Source: an uncultured Gemmatimonadaceae bacterium (lineage in GTDB: Bacteria > Gemmatimonadota > Gemmatimonadetes > Gemmatimonadales > Gemmatimonadaceae). From it: DNA of 64,000 nucleotides. The notes under the pieces were generated by a model. It ran no database searches, was not told the origin of the DNA, and saw nothing but the letters and a program-made list of their open reading frames with translations. Each line of letters opens with the position of its first letter. Within the stretch, counting starts at the first letter, position 1. Location of the stretch: positions 192,001 through 256,000 of the forward strand of contig CAWJMB010000002.1 of assembly GCA_963843845.1 (NCBI GenBank), in the 5' to 3' direction. The position numbers were made by a program, and so were the translations under genes. Shown piece by piece: positions 28,050 to 36,777 of the stretch.

Positions 28050-29102
28050 GTGCCCCTCGGCGAATTCTTTCGCAAGCAGTTCATCGACGTCATCCAGTGG
28101 ACCGAGAGCGGGCCCGGGCGTGCTCGACGATACCGCTATCCGATGCGCGGACATGGAGATCCAGAACGGCGCGTCAGCTCACCGTGCGCGAGTCGCAGAT
28201 GGCGCTGTTCGTGAACGAAGGGCGGACCGCCGACGTGTTCGGGCCGGGGCGCTACACGCTCACGACGCAGACGCTGCCGCTGCTGACGAACCTCATGAAC
28301 TGGGACAAGGCTGTTCGAGTCGCCGTTCAAGACGCGACGTCTACTTCTTCTCGACGCGCATGCAGACGGCGCAGCGGTGGGGAACGCAGCAGCCCGATCA
28401 CGATCCGCGACAAGGACTTCGGCGATGGTGCGGCTGCGCGCGTTCGGCATGTACAGCTTCCGCGTCGCGAACCCCGACGGTGTTTCATGACGACGCTGAG
28501 CGGCACGCGCGAGCGCTACACCGTCGCCGAGCTCGAGCCGCACCTGCGCAACCTCGCCGTCTCGCGCGTGTCCGAGGCGTTCGCGAGGAGCAGCGGTGCC
28601 CTTCCTCGACATGGCGGCGAACCAGGGCATGCTCGCCGACGCGATCGCCGCGGCGCTCACGCCCGCGTTCGCCGAGCTCGGGCTGCGACCTCGAGTCGTT
28701 CACCGTCGAGAACCTGTCGCTCCCCGACGAGCTGCAGAAGCGCCTCGACGAGCGCATCGGCGATGAACATGGTCGGCAACCTCGGCGACTACACGCGCTT
28801 CCAGGCGGCGCAGGCGATCCCGATCGCGGCGGCGAACGAAGGCGCCGGCGGCGTCGCCGGACTCGGCGCGGGGCTCGGCGCGGGGGCGATCATCGGCGCA
28901 GTCGATGGCGCAGGCGATGACGGGCGGCGCCGGCGCCGCCACCGGCGCGCCGAGCGCGCCGCCGCCGAACGTTCCGGCGGGCCTCCCGCTCAGCGACGCC
29001 GGCGCGGCGCCGAGCGGCGAGACGAAGTTCTGCATGCACTGCGGCAAGTCGATCGCGCGCTCGGCGAAGTTCTGCCCCGAGTGCGGCGGGAAGCAGGAGT
29101 GA
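28050..29102 (+). pseudogene. SPFH/band-7 domain protein with C-terminal zinc ribbon; multiple frameshifts (possibly assembly errors)
   Basis: MPLGEFFRKQFIDVIQW; QLTVRESQMALFVNEG; FGPGRYTLTTQTLP; ENLSLPDELQK; FCMHCG..KFCPECG spread over three frames. Confidence 0.85.
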
Positions 29103-29611
29103 CGTCAGGCACCGCCGCGTCAGGCACTGCCGGCGGCGTGGAGTGGGTCGTCGAGGCGTTCGGCTGCGATGCCGCGCGCCTCGCCGACGTCGAGACGCTG
29201 TCGGCGCTCGTCGACGATCTCGTCGCGACGCTCGCCCTGCGCCCGGTCGCGCCGGCGCAGTGGCACCAGTTCCCGTCGTTGGGCACTGCCGAGTCCGGAA
29301 TCCCGATCCCCGATCCCCGATCCCCGGCCCTTCCCGGCGGCATCACCGCCCTCGTGCTGCTCGCCGAGTCGCACCTCGCGCTGCACTCGTTTCCGGAACA
29401 CGCGTCGCTGTGCGTGAACCTGTTCTGCTGCGTGCCGCGCGCGGAGTGGGACTGGCGTGCCGGGCTCGCGCGTCACGTCGCGGCGGCGGACGTGCGCGTG
29501 CGGCGACTCGAGCGGCCGTACGCAGGCGCGCATGCAGGCGCGCATGCAGGCGCGTCCGCAGGCGCGTCCGCCGGCGCGCCGGCGCCGAACGGCGTGCTCG
29601 TCGGCGCGTGA
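29099..29611 (+). CDS. speD: S-adenosylmethionine decarboxylase proenzyme (SpeD/SpeH-like)
   Basis: GTGA overlap; WHQFP..GGITALVLLAESHLALHSFPE (E-S autocleavage site). Confidence 0.88.
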   Translation: MTSGTAASGTAGGVEWVVEAFGCDAARLADVETLSALVDDLVATLALRPVAPAQWHQFPSLGTAESGIPIPDPRSPALPGGITALVLLAESHLALHSFPEHASLCVNLFCCVPRAEWDWRAGLARHVAAADVRVRRLERPYAGAHAGAHAGASAGASAGAPAPNGVLVGA

Positions 29612-29629
29612 GGTGCGCGTGACGTCGCC

Positions 29630-30277
29630 ATGACCGGCCGCACCGCGAACTGCCCGAACTGCGGCGCCCCCGTGCTGTTCATCTGGTCGGGCGCCGTGCA
29701 GACGACGTGCGCGTACTGCCAGTCGGTGCTCGTGCGCCACGACGTGCACCTCGAGCGCGTCGGCAGCGTGGGCGACGTCCCGGTCGACAGCTCGCCGGTC
29801 CAGCGCGGCGCCGTCGGCACGTGGCGCGGGCGCGGCTTCACCGTGGTCGGGCGCATCGTCTACGCCTACGAGCGCGGCGGGTGGAACGAGTGGTACCTCC
29901 ACTTCACCGACGGCGGCGGCGGGTGGCTGTCGGACGCGCAGCTCGAGTGGGCGATCACCGAGCTCGTGACGCCCGCGCCCGAACTGCCGCGCGACGTCCA
30001 GCTCGCGCCGGGACGCGACGTCGAGATTCGCGGCGAGTCGTACACGGTCACGACCGTGACGCGCGCGCGCTACCGGGGCGTCGAAGGAGAGCTGCCGTTC
30101 GAGTACTGGAACAAGGACGAGATCGTGTTCGTCGACCTGCGCACGCCCACGGCGCGCTTCGCGACGATCGACTACAGCGAGCACCCGCCGCTCGTCTTCG
30201 CCGGCGAGTTCGTGCCGTTCGACGCGTTGGGCCTGCAGGCGCTCCGCGAGTTCGAAGGATGGCCGCTCCCGCGATGA
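29630..30277 (+). CDS. DUF4178 domain protein with zinc ribbon
   Basis: CPNCGA..CAYCQS; GGWNEWYL..GWLSDAQ; GVEGELPF. Confidence 0.85.
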   Translation: MTGRTANCPNCGAPVLFIWSGAVQTTCAYCQSVLVRHDVHLERVGSVGDVPVDSSPVQRGAVGTWRGRGFTVVGRIVYAYERGGWNEWYLHFTDGGGGWLSDAQLEWAITELVTPAPELPRDVQLAPGRDVEIRGESYTVTTVTRARYRGVEGELPFEYWNKDEIVFVDLRTPTARFATIDYSEHPPLVFAGEFVPFDALGLQALREFEGWPLPR

Positions 30278-31647
30278 CCGGGCCCGCGACGACCGCCCCG
30301 ACCACGCGCGCCGTGCGCTCGCTCAGCTGCCCGAGCTGCGGCGCGGCGATCGTGCTGCGCGGGCTGTCGTGGACGCAGAGCGTCGCCTGCGCATCGTGCG
30401 GCGCCGTGCTGAACGCGCGCGACCCGAATCTCGCGATCCTCCAGCGCGCGCACGAGCGGATGACGGTCGTGCCGCGCATTCCGTTAGGCACCCGCGGCGA
30501 GTGGAAGGGCGCGCCGTACGATGTCATCGGCATGCAGCAGCGCACGATCACCGCCGACGGCGACGACTACTCGTGGCGCGAGTACCTGCTGTTCAATCCG
30601 TACCACGGGTTCCGCTACCTCACCGAGTACGACGGCCACTGGAACGACGTCGTGCCGCTCCGGGCGCTCCCGACGACGAAGGGCTCCGGCGCGACCGCCA
30701 CCGCGACCTACGACGGTCGCTCGCACCGGCTCTTCCAGACGGCGCAGGCGCGCACGACGTTCGTCGTCGGCGAGTTCCCGTGGGAGATCCGCGTCGGCGA
30801 CACGGCGACGACGCAGGACTACGTCGCCCCGCCGCACGTGTTGAGCGCCGAGTCGACGAGCGACGAGACGACGTGGTCGTTCGGCACCTACGTCGACCCG
30901 GCATCGATCTGGAAGGCGTTCGCGCTCCCCGGCTCGCCACCGCGTGCGGTCGGCGTCTACTCCAACCAGCCGTCGCCGTACGCCGGCACCGTCGGCGCGT
31001 GGTGGCGCACGTTCGCTGTTCTTGCCCTGCTCTGCCTCGGCGCGCTGATCGTGCGCGCGGCGACGGCGGACCGTGCCCGCGCATATCGCGGCGACTTCAC
31101 CCTCGAGGCGCCGAGCGGGTTCGCCGCCGTCGCGGAGCGCAGTGGCGACTCGACGGTCGTCGGCACCCCGTTCGTCACGCCGCGCTTCACGCTCGACGGC
31201 GCGACCGCGAACGTCGCGATCGATCTGCGTTCGAACGTCGACCAGGAGTGGCTGACCGCCGCGCTCACGCTCGTGAACGAGGCGACCGGCGAGACGTGGC
31301 CGCTCACGCGCACGAGCAGCTACTACTCGGGCGTCGACTCCGACGGCAGCTGGAGCGAAGGCTCGCGCTCGTCGGGCACGACGATCGGCGGCGTGCCCGG
31401 CGGGCCCTACGTGCTGCGCGTCGAGCCGGCCGGCCAGCCGCGCCCCGGGCGCTCGATCAGCTACTCGCTCACCGTCACGCGCGACGTTCCCGCCGCGTGG
31501 CCGTATCTCGCCGTGCTCCTCGTGCTCCTCGTCCCGCCGATCGTCGGCTCGTTGCGCGCCGCCAACTTCGAGACGCAGCGCTGGGCCGAGAGCGACGCCG
31601 TGGCCGCGCTGCGCGAAGCGGCGGCGGAGGACGACGACGACGAATGA
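30274..31647 (+). CDS. DUF4178 domain membrane protein with zinc ribbon
   Basis: CPSCGA..CASCG; WREYLLFNPYHGFRYLTEYDGHW; GEFPW; two TM segments; FETQRWAESD. Confidence 0.87.
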   Translation: MTGPATTAPTTRAVRSLSCPSCGAAIVLRGLSWTQSVACASCGAVLNARDPNLAILQRAHERMTVVPRIPLGTRGEWKGAPYDVIGMQQRTITADGDDYSWREYLLFNPYHGFRYLTEYDGHWNDVVPLRALPTTKGSGATATATYDGRSHRLFQTAQARTTFVVGEFPWEIRVGDTATTQDYVAPPHVLSAESTSDETTWSFGTYVDPASIWKAFALPGSPPRAVGVYSNQPSPYAGTVGAWWRTFAVLALLCLGALIVRAATADRARAYRGDFTLEAPSGFAAVAERSGDSTVVGTPFVTPRFTLDGATANVAIDLRSNVDQEWLTAALTLVNEATGETWPLTRTSSYYSGVDSDGSWSEGSRSSGTTIGGVPGGPYVLRVEPAGQPRPGRSISYSLTVTRDVPAAWPYLAVLLVLLVPPIVGSLRAANFETQRWAESDAVAALREAAAEDDDDE

Positions 31648-31699
31648 CTGACCGCCCGCTGCCGTGTGTGCGCCCGCTCCGCCGCATCTCGTCCGTCCT

Positions 31700-31792
31700 G
31701 AGTCAAACCGCATCACCGCCGTTCGACCGCCGTTCGTCCGCCGCATCACCGCGGTCGAACGGCGGTGTGACCGCGGTGATGCGGTTTGCCTC
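31700..31792. repeat. Long intergenic inverted repeat
   Basis: CAAACCGCATCACCGC...GCGGTGATGCGGTTTG perfect 16-bp arms, with internal repeats. Confidence 0.85.
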
Positions 31793-31853
31793 ACGACGGA
31801 CGAGCGACGGCGGGTTGGGCGATGACTGAACCGCTTCGCACCCGCCGTCGCGC

Positions 31854-32042
31854 ATGAGACGCCACCCGTTCTACCTCCTGTTCGGCACCCTGCTCATCCT
31901 CGGTGCCTCGTTCATCGACCTGCGCGGGTGGACGATCGCCCGCGCCGTCGCCTCGCGCGGCGGCCCGCGCACGGTGCGCGCGAACTCCGGCACCTCGCGT
32001 GTGATCTACACCGGCGGCTCGCGCTTCCGGCGCGGCAAGTAG
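31854..32042 (+). CDS. Small membrane protein
   Basis: 62 aa, one TM, basic Gly-rich tail ending RGK; precedes DUF350. Confidence 0.7.
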   Translation: MRRHPFYLLFGTLLILGASFIDLRGWTIARAVASRGGPRTVRANSGTSRVIYTGGSRFRRGK

Positions 32043-32066
32043 CTCCGCCCCCTCGCCCTCGAGACC

Positions 32067-32279
32067 ATGACCTCCGACCTCGTCTCCAACCTGATCGCCG
32101 CGACGGCGTTCGCGGTGTTAGGCATCGTGATCCTCATCGTGGCGTTCGTCATCATCGACAAGCTCACGCCCGGCGAGCTGTGGCACGACCTGCTGCACAA
32201 CCGGAACACCGCGCTCGCCATCCTCATGGCGGGGATCGCGATCGGCCTGTCGATCATCATCGCCGCGGCGATTCATTGA
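32067..32279 (+). CDS. DUF350 membrane protein
   Basis: IIDKLTPGELW..NTALAILM..IIIAAAIH. Confidence 0.9.
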   Translation: MTSDLVSNLIAATAFAVLGIVILIVAFVIIDKLTPGELWHDLLHNRNTALAILMAGIAIGLSIIIAAAIH

Positions 32280-33826
32280 CGGCCGAGCGGGAGGGGGAGG
32301 CGGCGCCCCCGGGAGGGTCCGGGAAGACCGCCGCGCTGTTCGTCACCGTCCTCCTCATCGCCGCCTGCGGTCTCGTCTACGAGCTCGTCGCCGGTGCGCT
32401 CGCCAGCTACCTGCTCGGCGACAGCGTCACGCAGTTCTCGACCGTCATCGGCACGTACCTGTTCGCGATGGGGATCGGGAGCTGGCTGTCGCGCTTCGTC
32501 GGGCGCGGACTCGTCGCGCGCTTCGTGACGATCGAGCTGCTCGTCGCCGTCGTCGGCGGCTTCAGCGCGACGCTCCTCTTCCTCGCGTTCGCGTACACGG
32601 ACGCGTTCCGGCTCGCGCTCTACCTGCTTGTCGGGATCGTCGGCGTGCTCGTCGGGCTCGAGGTGCCGCTCCTCATGCGCATCCTGCGCGACCGCTACGA
32701 CTTCCGCGACGTCGTCGCGAACGTCCTCACCTTCGACTACCTCGGCGCGTTAGGCGCCTCGCTGCTCTTCCCGCTCGTGCTCGTGCCGCGGCTCGGGCTC
32801 GTGCGCGCGGCGCTGCTCTTCGGCGTCGTGAACGCGCTCGTCGCCCTGTGGAGCACGTGGCTCTTCCGCGACCGGCTCGGCGCGCGCCGCACGCTCTACG
32901 GAGCCGGCGTGCTCGTGCTGGCGGTGCTGGGCGCCGGCATGTGGCAGGCCCAGCGCATCACGAGCCTGGCCGAGGAGAATCTGTACGCCGACGACGTGAT
33001 CCTCGCGCGCGACACGCGCTACCAGCGGATCGTGCTCACCGCGTGGAAGGACGACCTGCGGCTGTTCCTGAACGGGCACCTCCAGTTCTCGTCGCGCGAC
33101 GAGTACCGCTACCACGAGGCGCTCGTGCATCCGGGGCTCGCGTCGCTGCCGGGGGCACGGCGGGTGCTGGTGCTGGGCGGCGGCGACGGGCTCGCGGTGC
33201 GCGAGATCCTGCGCTACCCGAGCGTGCAGAGCGTGACGCTCGTCGACCTCGACCCGGAGATGACGCGGCTGTTCACGACGCACCCGCGGCTCGTCGCGCT
33301 GAACGGCGGCGCGCTGCGCGACCCGCGGGTGCGGGTCGTGAACGACGACGCGTTCGTGTGGCTCTCGGCGCACGACGACCCGTTCGACTTCATCGTCGTC
33401 GACTTCCCGGACCCGTCGAACTACGCGACGGGGAAGCTGTACACGGTGGCGTTCTACCAGCTGCTGGCGCGGCACCTGAGCCGCGACGGGCTCGCGGTCG
33501 TGCAGAGCACGTCGCCGCTGTTCGCGCGGCGGTCGTACTGGAGCATCGTCGCGACGCTGCGCGGGGCGGGGCTGGCGACGTACCCGTACCACCTGTACGT
33601 GCCGTCGTTCGGCGAGTGGGGGTTCGTGCTCGCGACGTCGCGGCGCGACCCGTACGAGGCGCCGGCGTCGCTGCCCGCGGGGCTGCGCTATCTGGCGCCG
33701 GGGGAGATCCCGGGGATGTTCACGTTCGCGCGCGACATGCTGCCGGTGGCGGCGTCGGCGAACCGGCTCAACGACCAGGCGCTGGTGCGGTACTACGACG
33801 AGGAGTCGAGCCGGATCGACCGGTGA
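32276..33826 (+). CDS. speE: Polyamine aminopropyltransferase (spermidine synthase) with N-terminal membrane domain
   Basis: TTGA overlap; IAACGLVYEL TM domain; LFLNGHLQFSSRDEYRYHEAL; VLGGGDG; VDFPDP. Confidence 0.93.
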   Translation: MTAEREGEAAPPGGSGKTAALFVTVLLIAACGLVYELVAGALASYLLGDSVTQFSTVIGTYLFAMGIGSWLSRFVGRGLVARFVTIELLVAVVGGFSATLLFLAFAYTDAFRLALYLLVGIVGVLVGLEVPLLMRILRDRYDFRDVVANVLTFDYLGALGASLLFPLVLVPRLGLVRAALLFGVVNALVALWSTWLFRDRLGARRTLYGAGVLVLAVLGAGMWQAQRITSLAEENLYADDVILARDTRYQRIVLTAWKDDLRLFLNGHLQFSSRDEYRYHEALVHPGLASLPGARRVLVLGGGDGLAVREILRYPSVQSVTLVDLDPEMTRLFTTHPRLVALNGGALRDPRVRVVNDDAFVWLSAHDDPFDFIVVDFPDPSNYATGKLYTVAFYQLLARHLSRDGLAVVQSTSPLFARRSYWSIVATLRGAGLATYPYHLYVPSFGEWGFVLATSRRDPYEAPASLPAGLRYLAPGEIPGMFTFARDMLPVAASANRLNDQALVRYYDEESSRIDR

Positions 33827-33886
33827 GGGCGGGCGGTGCTGCAACGGTAGCCATGCAGCGTCGCCTCGCAGCGTCGCGCCGGGGCG

Positions 33887-33892
33887 TACAAT
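33887..33892 (+). promoter_or_regulatory. Candidate -10 box (possible cassette promoter)
   Basis: TACAAT about 110 bp upstream of the first cassette; no clear -35. Confidence 0.3.
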
Positions 33893-33946
33893 CGTAAGTG
33901 TCGGGAATCGTCGTGGTTACGCGTGGCCGCTGGGGCTGTACGCGGT

Positions 33947-34011
33947 GTTATGCTGCGCAGAAGTGGGCATGATCTGGCGTTAGGCTGGTCTGTCCAACAT
34001 GCGTTGGGCGG
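33947..34011 (+). other. attI-like integron recombination site
   Basis: GTCCAAC-ATGC-GTTGGGC inverted core, preceded by direct core-like GTTATGC (33947) and GTTAGGC (33979); no attC hairpin upstream. Confidence 0.55.
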
Positions 34012-34036
34012 ACCACTCAAATTGTACATCGATGCG

Positions 34037-35479
34037 ATGAACCTCCGAGCGCCTTCTGTCGGAGCTGCCTACGGCCGATGGACCCTCGTGCGTCCGCTTG
34101 GACGAGGGGGCAACGGAGAGGTCTGGGAGGCGAGAGACGCATCAGGAGCATCAGCAGCCATCAAGCTGCTGAGTAAGGTCAAGTCGACCGCGTATCAACG
34201 CTTCCGGGACGAAGTCCATGTCATGACCGGCTTCGCAGCCCGCGGCGTTGTACCCGTCCTCGATTCCGAGCTACCGGATGATCCCACCGTGGCCCGGCCT
34301 TGGTACGCGATGCCGCTGGGAGTTCCGCTTACGGTCCACCTAAAGGGTGCCACTCCGCAGCAGAAGGTCGACGCAGTAGCGGCGATTGCGGATACGCTCG
34401 CAGGGCCTCATTCCAAGGGTATCGCGCGTCGGGACATCAAGCCCGCGAACCTGCTGTACTTGGGAGGCATTCCGGCCATCGGTGATTTCGGTCTCGTCGA
34501 CTGTCCCGATAAGGCAGATGTCACCGCGAAGCGGGAGGAAGTCGGACCGCGGCGGACGATGGCTCCGGAGGTCCGGAGGGCGGAAGCGCTGGTCGATGCG
34601 CGCCCGGCGGACGTCTGTTCGCTAGCCAAGACGCTTTGGATCCTCCTCGTCGGCGAGGAACGTGGGTTCGAAGGCCAGTACTCCGCTGGTTCAACCGTTG
34701 GAATCAGCCGTGTCGTGCCGGACCTCTACTTCGCCGCTTTAGATGAGGCACTCACTATCGCGACGGACCACGACGCTGATCGACGGCCGTCGATGGTCAC
34801 GTTCGCCAAGCAATCGCGTGACTGGTTGCGTATTGAGGCTGAGTTCTTCGAGCGGAACCCGCTTGAATGGGCGGAGCTCCAGTCGAAGCTCTTCCCGGTT
34901 GTCGTCCCTACGCGAGCCGAGTGGCAGCAGTTAGACCAGATCATCACCGTCCTCAATGTTTTGGGCGCGCGGTCGAACATGAACCACATGTTCTTCCCGG
35001 ACGGAGGAGGTCTGGACTTGAATCGCGCGGCCCGCTCAACGCGTGAGGCAGGATGCGTAGAGTTGAGCGCTGACGGGCTCACCGTCGTGATCCGTCCGCA
35101 ACGGCTCATGTTCGAATCGTTTGGCGTGAGCCCTGAGTGGCACTCCTTTCGTCTCGAGGCAGCCGAGTTGGAGCCAAGTGGCGTGTACGAGAACGAGAGT
35201 GATGCGATATACGAAGAGGTAGCCGAGATCGGCGGCGAGTTCTACGCGGAGCGCTGGCATTGGGACGAGAACGAGTACAACGGCGAACATCTTCCCCTGG
35301 GTTCTCGCGTAGTGATGCGGTACCTTCGCGGCGCGTTCGTGATCTTTCAGAAGACTTCTACCTACAACCGGAACACAGCTACATACGACGGCCGGCACGC
35401 TAGGGTGGATGCCGACAAGTTCCGCCGGTACATCGAGGAGAACATCGGGCGCTTGCGCAGTCACGGCCCGCCCCCATGA
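34037..35479 (+). CDS. Ser/Thr protein kinase (cassette-borne, degenerate motifs)
   Basis: LGRGGNGEVW, AAIK, RRDIKPAN, DFG, MAPE; visibly lower GC than flanks. Confidence 0.88.
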   Translation: MNLRAPSVGAAYGRWTLVRPLGRGGNGEVWEARDASGASAAIKLLSKVKSTAYQRFRDEVHVMTGFAARGVVPVLDSELPDDPTVARPWYAMPLGVPLTVHLKGATPQQKVDAVAAIADTLAGPHSKGIARRDIKPANLLYLGGIPAIGDFGLVDCPDKADVTAKREEVGPRRTMAPEVRRAEALVDARPADVCSLAKTLWILLVGEERGFEGQYSAGSTVGISRVVPDLYFAALDEALTIATDHDADRRPSMVTFAKQSRDWLRIEAEFFERNPLEWAELQSKLFPVVVPTRAEWQQLDQIITVLNVLGARSNMNHMFFPDGGGLDLNRAARSTREAGCVELSADGLTVVIRPQRLMFESFGVSPEWHSFRLEAAELEPSGVYENESDAIYEEVAEIGGEFYAERWHWDENEYNGEHLPLGSRVVMRYLRGAFVIFQKTSTYNRNTATYDGRHARVDADKFRRYIEENIGRLRSHGPPP

Positions 35480-35510
35480 GGCCACCTTCCGGGACATGAC
35501 GCTCGCTGCC

Positions 35511-35607
35511 GCCCAACGAATCGTTGCAGCTGACGGAGCGGCCAACGCTGTACCGCGAATCCACGGCTCCCCGCGGGCGGCTCCGCAGCTGAACTCCGGC
35601 GTTCGGC
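35511..35607 (+). other. attC site 1 (97 bp)
   Basis: GCCCAAC..TTGCAGCTGACGGAGC..GCTCCGCAGCTGAA..GTTCGGC; L arms pair with two unpaired bases. Confidence 0.9.
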
Positions 35608-35673
35608 GGCTCGGCCTCCGTGGTGCGCAGGCCTCCGAGTGGTTACGTTGTGCCTACACCTCGGAGGCATCCT

Positions 35674-35925
35674 ATGAAGGCACGTATCGTCCGCGTCGGC
35701 AACTCGCGCGGCGTTCGCATCCCGAAGCCGCTGCTGGACCAGGCGGGGCTCGGCGAGGACGTCGAGCTGCACGCCGAGGCCGGGCGCATCGTGATCGAGG
35801 CGGTCAGGCGGCCGCGCGCTGGCTGGGCCGAGGCGGCCGCACGCATGGCGGCGCGCGGCGACGACGCGCTCCTCGACCCGCCGACCGCGACGCGCTTCGA
35901 CGCCGAGGAGTGGGAGTGGCGCTGA
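35674..35925 (+). CDS. mazE: AbrB/MazE-family antitoxin
   Basis: GGAGG RBS; MKARIVRVGNSRGVRIPK..PRAGW..EEWEW. Confidence 0.93.
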   Translation: MKARIVRVGNSRGVRIPKPLLDQAGLGEDVELHAEAGRIVIEAVRRPRAGWAEAAARMAARGDDALLDPPTATRFDAEEWEWR

Positions 35926-36278
35926 TGGCGCTGACGGCGGCGCGGGGCGCCGGGCGCGCCCCGGAGCGCGGCGGCGTCTACTCGGTCGAGCTCGACCCGA
36001 CGCGCGGCAGCGAGATCCGGAAGACGCGCCCGTGCGTGGTGGTCTCGCCGGACGAGCTGAATCAGCACCTGCGCACCGTCATCGTCGCGCCGATGACGAC
36101 GGCGGGGCGGCCGTACCCGTGGCGCGTGCCGTGCCGGTTCCGGAGCAAGGCCGGGACGGTCGCGGTGGACCAGCTGCGCACCGTGGACCGCGAGCGGCTC
36201 GTGCGGCGGCTCGGCGCGCTGTCGGAGTCGACGCTGCTCGCGGTGCTGGACCGCCTGACGGAGTTCTTCGCGCCGTAA
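35925..36278 (+). CDS. mazF: PemK/MazF-family toxin
   Basis: TGATG coupling; LDPTRGSEIRKTRPCVVVSPDELN..VIVAPMT..DQLRTVDRERL. Confidence 0.95.
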   Translation: MALTAARGAGRAPERGGVYSVELDPTRGSEIRKTRPCVVVSPDELNQHLRTVIVAPMTTAGRPYPWRVPCRFRSKAGTVAVDQLRTVDRERLVRRLGALSESTLLAVLDRLTEFFAP

Positions 36279-36282
36279 CGCC

Positions 36283-36379
36283 GCCGAACGAATCGTTGCA
36301 CCTGACGAAGCCGCGCGGCACTCGGAGGTCATCCAACCCTCCAGCCCAGCGGCTTCGCAGGTGAGCTCTGGCGTCAGGC
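36283..36379 (+). other. attC site 2 (97 bp, R' reads GTC)
   Basis: GCCGAAC..TTGCACCTGACGAAGCCGC..GCGGCTTCGCAGGTGAG..GTCAGGC. Confidence 0.85.
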
Positions 36380-36777
36380 GGCCCTACAGGCTACGCCGTG
36401 TCGGCCTGTCCCTGTTGGCAGCTAGTGGCGCGCCGGGGTGATGGTGCAAGGAACGCGGCCGGACCGGGGATCGCCGCTCGGAGGCCGCATGCGTCCGACG
36501 CGAGGTCGCCGCGAGGGAGCACCGCCGCAACCTGGCAGACGCGGGCGTGACGTGGCGCGTCGCCACGGCCGACGCCCCGAAGAAGCTCGCCCGACTCTCC
36601 TCGGCGGGTTCCGCGGCAGAGCGTCCGCGGTGGGCATCGGCGACCTCGGGAGCAGGTCGCCGGTTCGAGGTCATGGCCGGCGGCCCGCACGAGGCGGCGC
36701 GACGGCTGCGCGATGGCGGCGCGCCGCGCATATTGGCGGCGCCGCACGCCGTCCGGCCCGCCGTCGTCCCGACGCAC

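Larger units (their letters stand above)
34004..36379 (+). mobile_element. Integron gene cassette array lacking integrase (CALIN), two cassettes
   Basis: Two attC sites; each R'' is complementary to the core site at its own cassette start; no intI in window. Confidence 0.85.

Noticed and set aside
28097..29611. 504-aa apparent SPFH-SpeD fusion
   Set aside because: SPFH ends with its zinc ribbon and TGA at 29102; SpeD starts at the overlapping GTG
36384..36777. Third integron cassette after attC2
   Set aside because: No convincing ORF or matching R'' found; cannot be supported
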